NCBI RefSeq assembly: GCF_018350175.1
Contig: NC_058369.1
Location: 27,158,001 to 27,222,000 of the forward strand
Direction of reading: 5' to 3'
DNA length: 64,000 nt
Source: Felis catus
Lineage: Eukaryota
Positions within the stretch are counted from its first letter, which is position 1. Each line of letters begins with the position of its first letter. Of the stretch, positions 49,660 to 60,309 are shown in pieces. The notes beneath the pieces are model-generated. The model saw nothing but the letters and a program-made list of their open reading frames with translations. It did not search any database and was not told where the DNA came from. Both the position numbers and the translations under genes were made by a program.

Positions 49660-49769
49660 TGCCACCATCCTGAGGCCACTTGTCCCAGAACATTAATAAG
49701 AATCAGCTTCCAGGGGTCCCAGAAACTCCAGCCTCAGCTTACAAGTGGAGGGCATGAGAGAGAATCCCA
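49660..49769 (+). repeat. Dispersed direct repeat, copy 2 (110 bp)
   Basis: tgccaccatcctgaggccacttgtcccagaacattaataagaatcagcttccagggg...gagagagaatccca. Confidence 0.95.
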
Positions 49770-50568
49770 GGTGAATGACAGACTGACTCTGTCTGGTGTT
49801 CCTGATGAAGACCAGACTGTGCTTTCCTGTTTCTGCCGCCAGTTTTGTATTGAGCTTTGACTATTTGCTGGGGGAGGAGCTGTCTGGGGCGCTGGAAGCA
49901 GATGAGCTGGAACCTTGTCCCAACCACTTGCAGAGGCTGAATAATTCTCAGCAAGACCTGTAAACCCTCAGATCCTCCCTCTTCATCTGGAAGATGGGGA
50001 TTATAATACCTTCTCCAGGGGCTGTGATGAGGATCAAATAGGGTGAGTTTACAGCCCCGAGGCTGGGATCCCCACACCCTGGACTTGTGTGAGCACAGGT
50101 GCATGGCATCGGCCCATCCTCCTTGTCCTCCCCGCTAGCACAGCCCTTGTGGCTGAGCCTAGTCTCCCTTTTCCTGCCTTCTGATCGGGCTGTCGCCGTA
50201 CCGTCTTGATGTGGGACAGTTTTGCTTACAGTGTGTTGTAAAATTGGAGAGCAACCAAGCAGTGGGCATGTGGAACAGACACAGGACTCTGAGCCAAAAA
50301 TCTCTGTGACTTTGGTCAAGCAGTTACAGTTCTCGTGTCTCTTCCCTAAATTGGGATAGAAGCTGACTCACAGGGTTTGGGTGAGGAAAAAAGTGAGGTC
50401 ATATGAAAGCTCCTTGTAAATTGTATTGTTATTTCCCATCAGCATTAATAACTACTGGCTGGTCTCCAGACGTTGCTGAGGAAGGTTATCAACGCACACA
50501 CACCCTGGAGGGCGGCTGTGAATGGGAAGCAGCTCCCTGGTCAGTCGCCATCCTTGGAGGCTCCACAC

Positions 50569-50743
50569 CGGAGCTGTCCACTAGGTAGCCACCAGCCACA
50601 TGTAGCTGTAGAAGTTTTAACTTAATTTAAAATTGACTTCCTCCATCACACCAGCCACTTTCTGTATGTCTGCTGGCTACTGTATTGACAGAATAGATAT
50701 AGAACATTTCCATCATCACAGAAAATTCTATTGGACAGTACTG
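50569..50743 (-). mobile_element. MER3 hAT-Charlie MITE
   Basis: gctgtccactaggtagccaccagccacatgt...tagaacatttccatcatcacagaaaattctattggacagtactg. Confidence 0.85.
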
Positions 50744-51702
50744 GACTGAAATAGGCGTCCCCTTCCCCCATCTCTTTAAAGTGTTCCAGGAACCCCTCAA
50801 GTGAATTTTGGGGATGCCACAGAGCCCACAGAGCCTATGTTTTAGGTTAGATCATCCAAATCTGCCCTTCAGATTTACTATAAATAAAAAGACATAGAGA
50901 TGGACACCGTTGCTATGAAAATAGTTATTAGAGTTATGGAGACTAGTGACCTAGGGGGATGCGCATTAATTCCCACCTACACATGCTTTCTGGGTGGCCC
51001 CTCAGGAAATTGGCATGGAGAGATAGCGTCACAGAAAATTATTAGATTTAAGACGGAGATCATCCCGAAACCAGAGTGTGACTTTTGGGGGGTTAAAAAA
51101 AAGTGGAGCCAACCAGCACCCCCGAAGCTAACACAGGGGACAGTAATTGGCCTGCTAGTAGAGAAGTTATCAAAAGACAGCAAGAGATTTGCTGCAGCCT
51201 GTCTGCATAACGCCAGGACCCCGGGAGGACCTGGGCAATTATCATGTGTCACCACAGAGTCTCCTGGAGGAGGAGAGGGCAGGCCTCGAGTCAGATACAA
51301 TAACCATCATTACTTGATGGTAAATTGGGTCTGAGACATCCCCTGGTGAGCTTGCCTCCTCCTTGGGCTGGAATTTGCTCCCGCAGCAGGGTGAGGATGA
51401 GAACCGGGACAAAATTGCTAGGGTTCAGAGCCATTTCCCGCTAGAAGGGTTCCCAGAGGCCGAACAATGAGACCAAACTTAATTTTGTTGGCTTTTAAAG
51501 TATATATTATTATTATTTTATTGCCCCTTGCTTGTACTTGTAGTAAAGATTGTAATGAAGAAAATGGGAGGAGGCCACCTTCTGCAATGTGGGGACAGTC
51601 ATATTTGTCTCATAACATTGTTGCAAAGATTAATTGAAGGACATGTGATAATCTGCCCCCAGCATGGTACATGCTAAACACTTAGGAAAATGTTTGTTTG
51701 TG

Positions 51703-51750
51703 AACTATTAGCAGTAATATTTACTGCAGTAAATATTACTGCTAATAGTT
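51703..51750. repeat. Perfect 48-bp palindrome (no spacer)
   Basis: AACTATTAGCAGTAATATTTACTG|CAGTAAATATTACTGCTAATAGTT. The arms are exact reverse complements. Confidence 0.97.
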
Positions 51751-51879
51751 ATTGGTAGTATTACTAATTAATACTACTAATTAGGCTTCCTAATATTTAT
51801 TAGTAGTAAATATTTCGTAGCAATTTTCATAAGTATTAGTAGTGCTATTGAATATCAGTTAAACTATTATTAGTTTATT

Positions 51880-52150
51880 TTTTAATTCATTCCACAGATA
51901 TTTATCGAGCACGCATTTGGTGTCAGACTCTGTTCTAAGCCCTGGAGCAACAGTGGCTAATGACACAGTGGCCTTGATCATGGCGAACTTATACTTGAGA
52001 GAAGGGAGACTGTCTGGTGAGATAATTGTAGACACATGCTAGTAACAGGGACTAATGGGGACAGGGGGACATCACAGGCTATCTCCTTAGGGCGGCTGGC
52101 AAAGCCCTTTCTGAGGAAGGGACATTTGTCCTGACCCTTATATGATGAGC
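51880..52150 (-). mobile_element. L2 3' fragment
   Basis: ttcattccacagatatttatcgagcacgc...gtcagactctgttctaagccctgg...ctgaggaagggacatttg. Confidence 0.7.
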
Positions 52151-52159
52151 TGCTCTCAG

Positions 52160-52515
52160 GTGATAGCAGTTAGAATGCTCTGGACAACAAGTAGCAGAAA
52201 ACTCTGGCTTGAATTGCTGAAACAATAAGAATATTTATTGTTTCGCGTTGCAAGAGGTCTCGCGATAAGAAGGGGTTGGCTAACTCAGGGCTTCACCACA
52301 GCATAAGGACCCAGATTCTTCCATCCTCAGGATGTCAGTGGGGTCCTCGGGGATGGCCTCCCCATGGCTGCCGCTGTTCTCAGCCCCACCCCTGAGGTAT
52401 CTGGAGGAAGACAGCATTCCCAGAATCACACCCAGCACACTTCCTCTTGCATCTCATTGGTCAGACCAGGCCAGCCACCTTTAACATCACTCACCAGCAA
52501 GGGAATAGCATCACC
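52160..52515 (-). mobile_element. Old MaLR LTR (MLT1J-like)
   Basis: agttagaatgctct...caagtagcagaaaactc...ggacccagattcttccatc...atggctgcc...tcttgcatctcattggtcaga. Confidence 0.6.
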
Positions 52516-52518
52516 TTC

Positions 52519-53190
52519 ACTGGTGCACTTTTTCTGTAAAGAGACGAAATACTTTTGACTTGTGGGTCAAGAGGCAAAACTTGAGGGTATTGTGCAGGTA
52601 CTTCTATAATAAGAGAGAAAAAACATTTGCATAAAGTCTTCATGGGTTGATAAAATTAAAAATAGAATAATGATTAAATATAATTTTTTAAAATTCAGGT
52701 CTACTAATGAGAAGAATAGACTTTTTAGGGAGGATAACATTTTGCATATCTTTTGGCAAAGATAGTATTCCCTGTCATCAAAAAAGATTGCACACGTTCA
52801 TCTGTTAACGCTGATCTATAATGAGATTTTACATATTTCATCTCTGAAAATGTCTTCACACAGACAGGTGATACATGTGACCTCAAAATCCTTTCAAGTT
52901 GTAACCTTGTTACTGTGACTGGTGGCGTGCCACTACCCAATTTTGCTGTGGTTGTGTGAAGGCAGCCACAGACAAAAAGTAAATGAATTGGGACACAACT
53001 GTGCTCCAATAAAACTTTACTTATCATCACTGTGATTTGCAGTTGATGTAATTTTCATGGGTAATAAAGTAGTATTCTTTTGTTTTTCTTTTCAACTATA
53101 TAGAATGTAAAAAAAAATTTTTAATGTAAGCTGCACAAAAACAGGCAGTATACCAAATTTGGCCCATGGGCTATAGTTTTCTGATTCCTG
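52519..53190 (-). mobile_element. Cheshire/MER58-family hAT element with transposase C-terminal remnant
   Basis: MER58-type ends (actttttctgtaaag...; ...tttggcccatgggctatagttttctgattcctg). Minus-strand peptide CVKTFSEMKYVKSHYRSALTDERVQSFL resembles the hAT C-terminal dimerisation domain (CExxFSxMxxxKxxxRxxLxD). Confidence 0.75.
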
Positions 53191-53489
53191 CTCTAGAATC
53201 ATGAGGATTTCCTCTGAGTCATGAGGGAAAGGGACCCTATCCGCAGGATCAGGTAGAAAATCCTTGGGTAGGGATCCAACTGTGTTGGATCTCCCTACTT
53301 CAAGGGAGAACTTTCAGGGCTAAGGGAACAGTAGGTGCAAAGGTCCTGCAGCAGTGATAAGCCTGGCATCTATGTCCCTCAGTCAGGATCAGAGAGGAGA
53401 AGGAGAAGAGGTGCCCAAGATGAGGGTGGAGAGGGGGAGACAACTTCCAAATGGTGATGTGAGGAGTCCCACAGAGCCTCTCCCCAGCA

Positions 53490-54890
53490 AAGCAACCATA
53501 ACTGGTGAAAATTATTTTAAAAAACAAAACCCAACCATTTAAACTCTGAAAATTGTCCTAAAGGCACATAACAAATAAATATTTATTCAAGAAAATGTGT
53601 CAAATCTTCGTAAGAACAGTGAGAGCCTGTGGCACTTGAAGCGAAACCCGTTCTCTCCTGCCCCTCCCCGCCACCCAGCTCCATGCTGCAGAGGCTAAAT
53701 TCTAGACGAGTGTTGCCAAAATGTCGGGCCTCCCTTCCTCCACCCAGTCCCCACTGGTAAGGTAGAGGCGCTATTCCAGGTATGGCAAGCTGATAATACT
53801 GGTGCCCAGTTACCTTCACCCAGCTTGCTCATAGGGGCACCGGGAGAGGCACACTGTCCACACAAGGATAGACAAGCCAGGGAGGTCAGAAAGTGCTGCC
53901 CAGCACCTGCTCATAAAGCAGGGACACTGCTCTGAGAAAGGCAGACCACTGTTTTGATCCTAGCTCTGAGGAAGAGACTCAGAGATTTTGTCCAAGAGAG
54001 AGACAGGTCTGAAAAGATTGCACCAATATGGATCTACCGAAAGGACAGGTAGTAAGTAATGTAGGTGAGGATGTAGAGAAACCAGACCCCTCATACACTG
54101 CTGCTGGGAATGTAAAATGGTGCAACCATCTTGGAAAACAGTCCTTATTACTTTCTTGATGATGTCCTTGGAGCACAAAACTTTTAATTTTGATGAAATC
54201 CAAGTTATTTATACATATGCATATTGGAAGTTCTAGAGGAAAAGAGAAAAAAAAGGGCGGGAAGAATATATGAAGAAATAATGGCTAAAGATTTCTCCAA
54301 ATTGAAAAGATTAAGCACTGAATTACCAATGACCCAGCAATGCCACTCCTAGATACGTATCCAAGAGAATAGCCACATGAAAGCTTATCTACAAATGTTC
54401 ACAGTGATATTATTCACAATGCCCAGAATGTCATCAACTGATGAATGAATACACAAAACCAGGTGTATCCCTACAAGGTAGTATTATTCAGCCATAAAAA
54501 GAACTGAAGTATTGATACATTCTATAACATTGATGAACCTTGAAAACCATATGCTGAATGAAAGAAACCAGTCACACAAGACCACACATTGTCCATTTAT
54601 ATGAAATGTCTACACTAGGCAAATCTAGAGAGACAGAAAGTAGACCCGTGATTGTCAGGCTGTGAGCTTGGGAGAAAGGCAGAGTGACTGCTGACAGGTA
54701 TGGGGTTAGTTTTTAGCATGATGGAAATGTTCTAAAATTGATTATGGTAATGGTTGCATAACTCTGTGAACATATTACAAACCAGCAAATTGTAAACTTT
54801 AAATGGATGGTGTATCCAAAGTAAATTGGATACTTTAAATGGAATTGGTGGTATGTGAGTTATGTCTCAATAAGGCTGTTATAAAAATAA
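53490..54890 (+). mobile_element. Old L1M mosaic (5'-region piece plus L1MB-like 3' end)
   Basis: ctcatacactgctgctgggaatgtaaaatggtgca, gacccagcaatgccactcctag, tattcagccataaaaagaa, gaaaccagtcacacaagaccaca, tatgtctcaataaggctgtt. Confidence 0.8.
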
Positions 54891-55598
54891 CAAAGGTGAG
54901 ACGGGAGAGGTGGACTACAGACCCAGATCTGCAGTGTCTTGCTGGCCTGATGGAGAGTATGGCTTTACTGCAGGTGAGTGGGAAAACATTGGAGGTTTCA
55001 GAGCAGGAAATCAGATATGATCTGATTTACATTAAAAAATATCGCTTATAACCCCTTGCTCATATTAAGAATATTATTGCCAATGTTACTACTCTCTTGA
55101 CTCTGCAATTTGAATGGAATAAATTCATTAAATGCCTGCTCTGTAACTTCCAGGACACCAGTGCCCATTAAGTACTCACCAGCTAAAAGTTCAGACCCAA
55201 GAAAGGCTGTCAGAAAATCCTGGAGTATCAGCCACAGCCTCATCCTGCTTGCTGTGATGGTGGGCTCCGAAAGGCTCCAGTCTCTGCTCACCCTTAATGC
55301 AGTTTGAGGAGCCAGACACAGAGAATCATACAGTGGGGGGCATCCGTCCAGGACCCCAGCCCTCCTGACCTCTGCTATTTGCCTCTTTGACCCTGATTAT
55401 GGAAGGGAAAACCTTACGTCTTCTCTGAGCCATTCCCCAAGTCAGGTTACTCCACAGTTGAAGGCTGTTTCCTCTGATAATCTGTGAGTATGTCCTCAAA
55501 GACTCCTGAGTCCTCAATAATGAATGTTAATAATGTGTAATAACGAATCTAATAATGAATGGTCTTAAAGTGATTAAATACTTCTAAAGAAAAAATTC

Positions 55599-55632
55599 GT
55601 GTGTGTGTGTGTGTGTGTGTGAGTGTATGTGT
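55599..55632. repeat. (GT)n microsatellite
   Basis: Direct reading. Confidence 0.9.
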
Positions 55633-56208
55633 GAAAACAGAGTCTCAAGTAGCTTTTATATGTGAGCTCTGGCAGCTTCAAGCAAGGAAGGAAGCAAACA
55701 TCTCATTTTGCAGTTAACCTGTCTCATTACATCATTTGTTGGCAGCCTTGGATGACATTAGTTCTGGGAACTGGCCATATGTTTTTGAAAAGATAAGGAC
55801 TCTACCTCCAGATATATTGATGGCAATGAGATCATGACATGAAAAGCTGGGGTTGTAGCAGTGAAACCTACTATCAAAAATTTAGACCACAGGTCAGACA
55901 CTCAAATGCCTTTGCGGACAGAGTAGTAACACAGCAGTGTGCGGCTACTTTCTGTTAAGACACCAGTGAATTGTGTTTACCTGAGAGGTTGTGGCTCAAA
56001 TATATCCAAATTTAAAAACAATTAGATATTATGTTAACTAAATCCACTGGCTGGTGGACCCACTGGCTTCCAATTTGTAAGCCACGAGATGGATTTGCTG
56101 AATCAGTTTTAACCTTGAGACCATCTTACAGGATCTAAAGCCTCCAGGTTTACTCTCCTATTTATAATAAACCTCGGTAGTTTCCTCGGACAGAGTTCTC
56201 CGTATAGC

Positions 56209-56219
56209 TGCTGACTCAT
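56209..56219 (-). promoter_or_regulatory. Candidate NF-E2/NRF2/BACH-MAF (ARE/MARE) site
   Basis: TGCTGACTCAT is ATGAGTCAGCA on the minus strand, a full consensus match. Function is inferred only. Confidence 0.35.
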
Positions 56220-56747
56220 TATTATTTTTGTATTGTAAGTGAGAAACTCTCCTTGTGGGAGTATCTCTAATAGCGACAGGTGAGGATGATGGTGATGATC
56301 CATGTTCCATGCAACAGACCCTGGGCTAAGAGTTTCAAATTACTTGCTCTACTTTATATGCTTCCTTTTTAAAAATTCTCATGGAATAGACACCACTAAA
56401 GCCTTGAACTTAACCAAGGAAGTAAATGAAGGTCAGAAAAGTTAAGCAACTTATTGAAAATCACACAGCTCTGTAGCTTTGAAAACCTTCCAAAGAAAAT
56501 CATTATTTAACAAAACACCTGGTCCTTTACTATTGCCTTTTTTTGTGGGTTTTAGAATGTGTCCCAAGCATTTACATGAATTTCAGTTCAAGTTTTCCAA
56601 GCATGCCCATGGATATAAACATTTGTTGAAATATGCTTTTAAGGACAGTAAATTCACAAATATCTGGTAAAAGACAATGAAGTAAGGGGCAGCATAGGGG
56701 TTCTATCACTAGAACTAAACTTGAAGCTCCCAAACATTGGTCTAAAA

Positions 56748-56968
56748 CAGGAGTCAAAAAACTATGGCACAGGGGCCAAATCCGGACTGCAACCTGCTTT
56801 TATAAATAAAGTTTTATGTGGACACAGCTGCACCCATTTATTACGTATGATCAATGGCTCCTTTCCCAGTCTAACTGCAGAGTTGAGAGGTTGTGACAAA
56901 GACTGTATGTTCTGCAAAACAAAAGTATTTACTATCTGACCCTTTATAGGAAAATTTTGCTGATCTTG
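56748..56968 (+). mobile_element. MER58A hAT MITE, full length
   Basis: caggagtcaaaaaactatggc...ggccaaatccgg...aaataaagttttat...tatttactatctgaccctttatagg...gctgatcttg. Perfect 8-bp TSD GTCTAAAA (56740-56747 / 56969-56976). Confidence 0.9.
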
Positions 56969-57146
56969 GTCTAAAATAACTAATACCATATACATAATAC
57001 ATCTGTAATTTCCCCAATTCTATAATCTCTCTGGCTGTCTTTTCCTGCATTTTGGCAACAAGCAAAAAACACTAGGGTAAAAAAAAAGTGCCTCGGTAAA
57101 TTTCCCATCTTGTCTCCTGAACTGGATAAAGGTCTCCTTTTTATTC

Positions 57147-57171
57147 GGGGCCGGCGGGTGGGGGCGGGGGG
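57147..57171 (+). other. Canonical G-quadruplex motif / GC box
   Basis: GGGG-CCGGC-GGG-T-GGGGG-C-GGGGGG. Includes GGGGCGGGG. Confidence 0.6.
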
Positions 57172-57234
57172 ACCAGTGTTAAGAGGGGTCAAGCCACTTG
57201 CCCAGGTCACAGAGCAGGTGGGACAACACTGAAT

Positions 57235-57420
57235 AACAACAATATCAGTAATAATAAAACAGCTCTTTACTGAGTGCTTAACACTGTGCCCTGTGCTTTA
57301 CAGGCAGTGTCTCCCAGAATCCTTGTAACTGCCTTCTGGGGTGGTTACCATTAGTGCCTCATCTGATAGATGAGGAAAGTGGGGCCTAGACCAGGCAATT
57401 TCCCAAGATCACACAACCTT
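57235..57420 (-). mobile_element. MIR SINE
   Basis: tttactgagtgctt...ctgtgcc...atagatgaggaaagtggggcct...cccaagatcacaca. Confidence 0.7.
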
Positions 57421-58087
57421 CTCTGACTCCAAATAAAGTGCTGTCTTTGACTATAGACTATCAAAGCATCTCTCGAGTGAGCAATCTGCCTTAAGGCTTT
57501 CCTCAGGGACATGGTGGAGCTAGAAACAACAGGTATGGCTGCTGTGAAGCACTGAGTCTCTTGTGGCCACAAAATAAAGAGAAGCAGGAGCCTGGAGAGG
57601 CTCTGGACCAAGATCCACCTGCTAGGGCTGGAGCCTTGCAGACCACTTGCATATCAGATGCTCTGGCCTGCTGGATGCTGGATGGCCGGCAGAGCGTCCC
57701 GAGCCACCTGGCTCCCAGGTCATTGAAGGCCAGGTGAACTAACTTAGTTTCCAATAGCAGCACATGAGAACCTGATTCTGAGTGGGAACGTGCGCCCCCA
57801 GGTGCTTCTTGTATAAACAAATGCTTGAGAATCACTGGGTAGGTAATAAAAGACCGTTTCACCCAGAGAAAGCCAGGTAGATGCAGACTAGTTTTTCTGG
57901 CCAGGAAGAGACAGAGTTCTGCAACCAGGCGGTCCTTTTAAGCCCAGAAAAGTGGTGAGTAGGCATGTTTGCTTTCAAAGCACAGAGGGAGGTGATGGGA
58001 AAGAGGTGGGAAAGGAAAGGGAGGAGATGGGCAGCTTTCATCTCTCCTTCCTTTCTTAGCATTGCTCCCTCTAGTATGAGCACTGAC

Positions 58088-58715
58088 TGCGGCAGACTGA
58101 ATAATGTGCTCCCCACCATGGCCCCCGACCAAGAGGTCCCCATCCTGGTCCTCAGGACCTAGAGATATGTTCCTGTACATGGTAAAAAGGATTTTGTAGA
58201 TTAACATTCTGGATCTTGAGATGGAGAGATTTCCTTGGATTATCTGGGTAGACCCATACTAATCAGATAAACCCTTAAATGTAGAAAACATTTCCTGACT
58301 AAATTTTGAGAGATGCCAGAGCAAGACGAGTTAGGAGGGATTTTCAACAGGAAAGAGACTTCACCCACTGTTGCTGGCTTTAAGAAGTAGGAAGTGGCCA
58401 CAAGCTAAGGAACTGTGGGTGCCCTGTGACAATTGGAAACTGCCCCTAGTTGACAACCAGGGAGGAAACCAGGATCCCTGGTTCCCAATCTACACAGAAC
58501 AAAATTCTGCCAACAGTCTGCATGAGGAAGGAATCAGATGATCCCCTAGAGCCTCCAGAAAGGAGCACAGAAAACCTTGCCGACATTTTGATTTTGCTTT
58601 AATGAGACCTGCATTGATTGCACTTGCTACCTATAGAATTGTAAAATCATAAACTTGCATTGTTTTAGAAACTCAGTTTGTGGCAATTTGTTAGGGCAGC
58701 AATGGAAATCAGTGT
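58088..58715 (+). mobile_element. MaLR solo LTR (MLT1E-like)
   Basis: tgcggcagactgaataat...cttgagatggagagatttccttggattatctggg...cccctagagcctccagaaagg...tttgtggcaatttgttagggcagcaatggaaa. Confidence 0.85.
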
Positions 58716-59455
58716 TCTGACTCAGAGCTTTCTACTTGTTGTTTATCATCAAGTTTTTCAGGTACAGTCGTGCCAGACTAGACCAGATAATGAACTGTTT
58801 TTGCCCTATGGTGCAATTCAGGCACCTGTATCTCCCACAGTACCCCACAAGCCCCTAAAAGTCTGAGTGCAATGTCTGCTCTATCACCTTGCCCAGAATT
58901 TCTGCAGCAATGCCAGAGGGAGTGGTGGCCATCAGTGACTTGCTTTGTGCCTTTGGATTCTTCTCTAGTCCTCTTGAGCTATTCTTAGAATCATTGCCTT
59001 TGTTTCTTCACCCTGTGCTTCTCATGCAGTGTTCTTTTTTCCAAGAAAGGAAATAAATGCATTGTTTAATTTATGAGGATATAATACTATAATAGTATAT
59101 TCCTTTGCCTGAAATGTATTCTTAAGTATTACCTTGGTCTGTACTTTAATTGAATTGGATAGAGACGGCATACTGCCGTTGTTAAGGTTAACGGCCCAAT
59201 GATTTACAAGACAAGACACATTTACTGGCAAATAGATTTTAGTAATTGTTCCGCTCCACGGTGAGAATAACAGCTTGTGCATTGATTCCTCATGTTCTGG
59301 AACTGGGGCTCACCTAGAGGAGACTGAGCTCAGGGTCCTAGAAACACAGAAGGGTGCCTAGGACGGATGAAATTAGCAGGCCTCACAAACTCTTCCTGCT
59401 CAGAGTACTTTGGCCCAGGGACGGCCTCAGGTGGAGGGAATGGTATCCAGAAATG

Positions 59456-59457
<2 letters not shown>

Positions 59458-59493
<36 letters not shown>
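59458..59493. repeat. (CA)n microsatellite
   Basis: Direct reading. Confidence 0.95.
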
Positions 59494-59499
<6 letters not shown>

Positions 59500-60309
59500 A
59501 TAAGGGATTGTTTTTTCCTAATCTGAGGAAGGTGGAAGATGAGCTATACTTGATACTCTGGACTTTTCCACTGGGGACTCGGTTTGGCATTTCTAAGGGG
59601 AAGGGATGAATTAAATAGCTAGGGGGAAAATATCTGCTAGGGTGGTTTGATCTTTTAGAAAAATCTTAGCAACGATGTTGGGGACCAGGAAGGAAGTCCA
59701 CTTTCCCGATGACTGCATTTGCTGTTTTGATACCCTTGCCTCCATGGTGGTTGAGAGTCACAGAATGGTCTATAAAACCAGGCCACTCTGAACATGTCTT
59801 GCTAAGTCTGACCCTTATTTTCTTCATCTCCAAGAATACTGATGAGGCCACAAGTTCTGTTTCAAGAACAGATTATCTTGCATTAAATGTGACAGAAACT
59901 CTAAGGAGGGAATTGAACCAGGACTGGTTGGGGTGGTGGGGAGGGTGGGGAGAGCTGGGAATTGCTGAGGCCATGGTTCCTCAATGCCGCACGTGCACCC
60001 AGGCCTCTGAGCCTCAGCAGCCACTGAGTGTAGGGCCCGCCCCACTTTGGCCTGTGGTATTCCCCAGAAAGTGATGGAGAAGATTCAAAGCACAAGGACA
60101 GCAATCCTTATTTTTTCACGGACGTTATTTGTATTGTATATTAAATAAGTCCTCTGGAGGTTACATAGGACAGACTATGAGAGGAGCCTAGCTGTAGAGA
60201 AAAAGCTAACTGAATATTGTCCCGCTTGAAAGATGATGTTATTAAAAAGCAAAAGGAGGGCAGTGCTTCTGGATGAATGTATTATCACGTGTATGCATGG
60301 TGAAGTTTT

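Noticed and set aside
54960..54985. Perfect donor CAG|GTGAGT
   Set aside because: Lies in L2-like debris with no matching acceptor or ORF.
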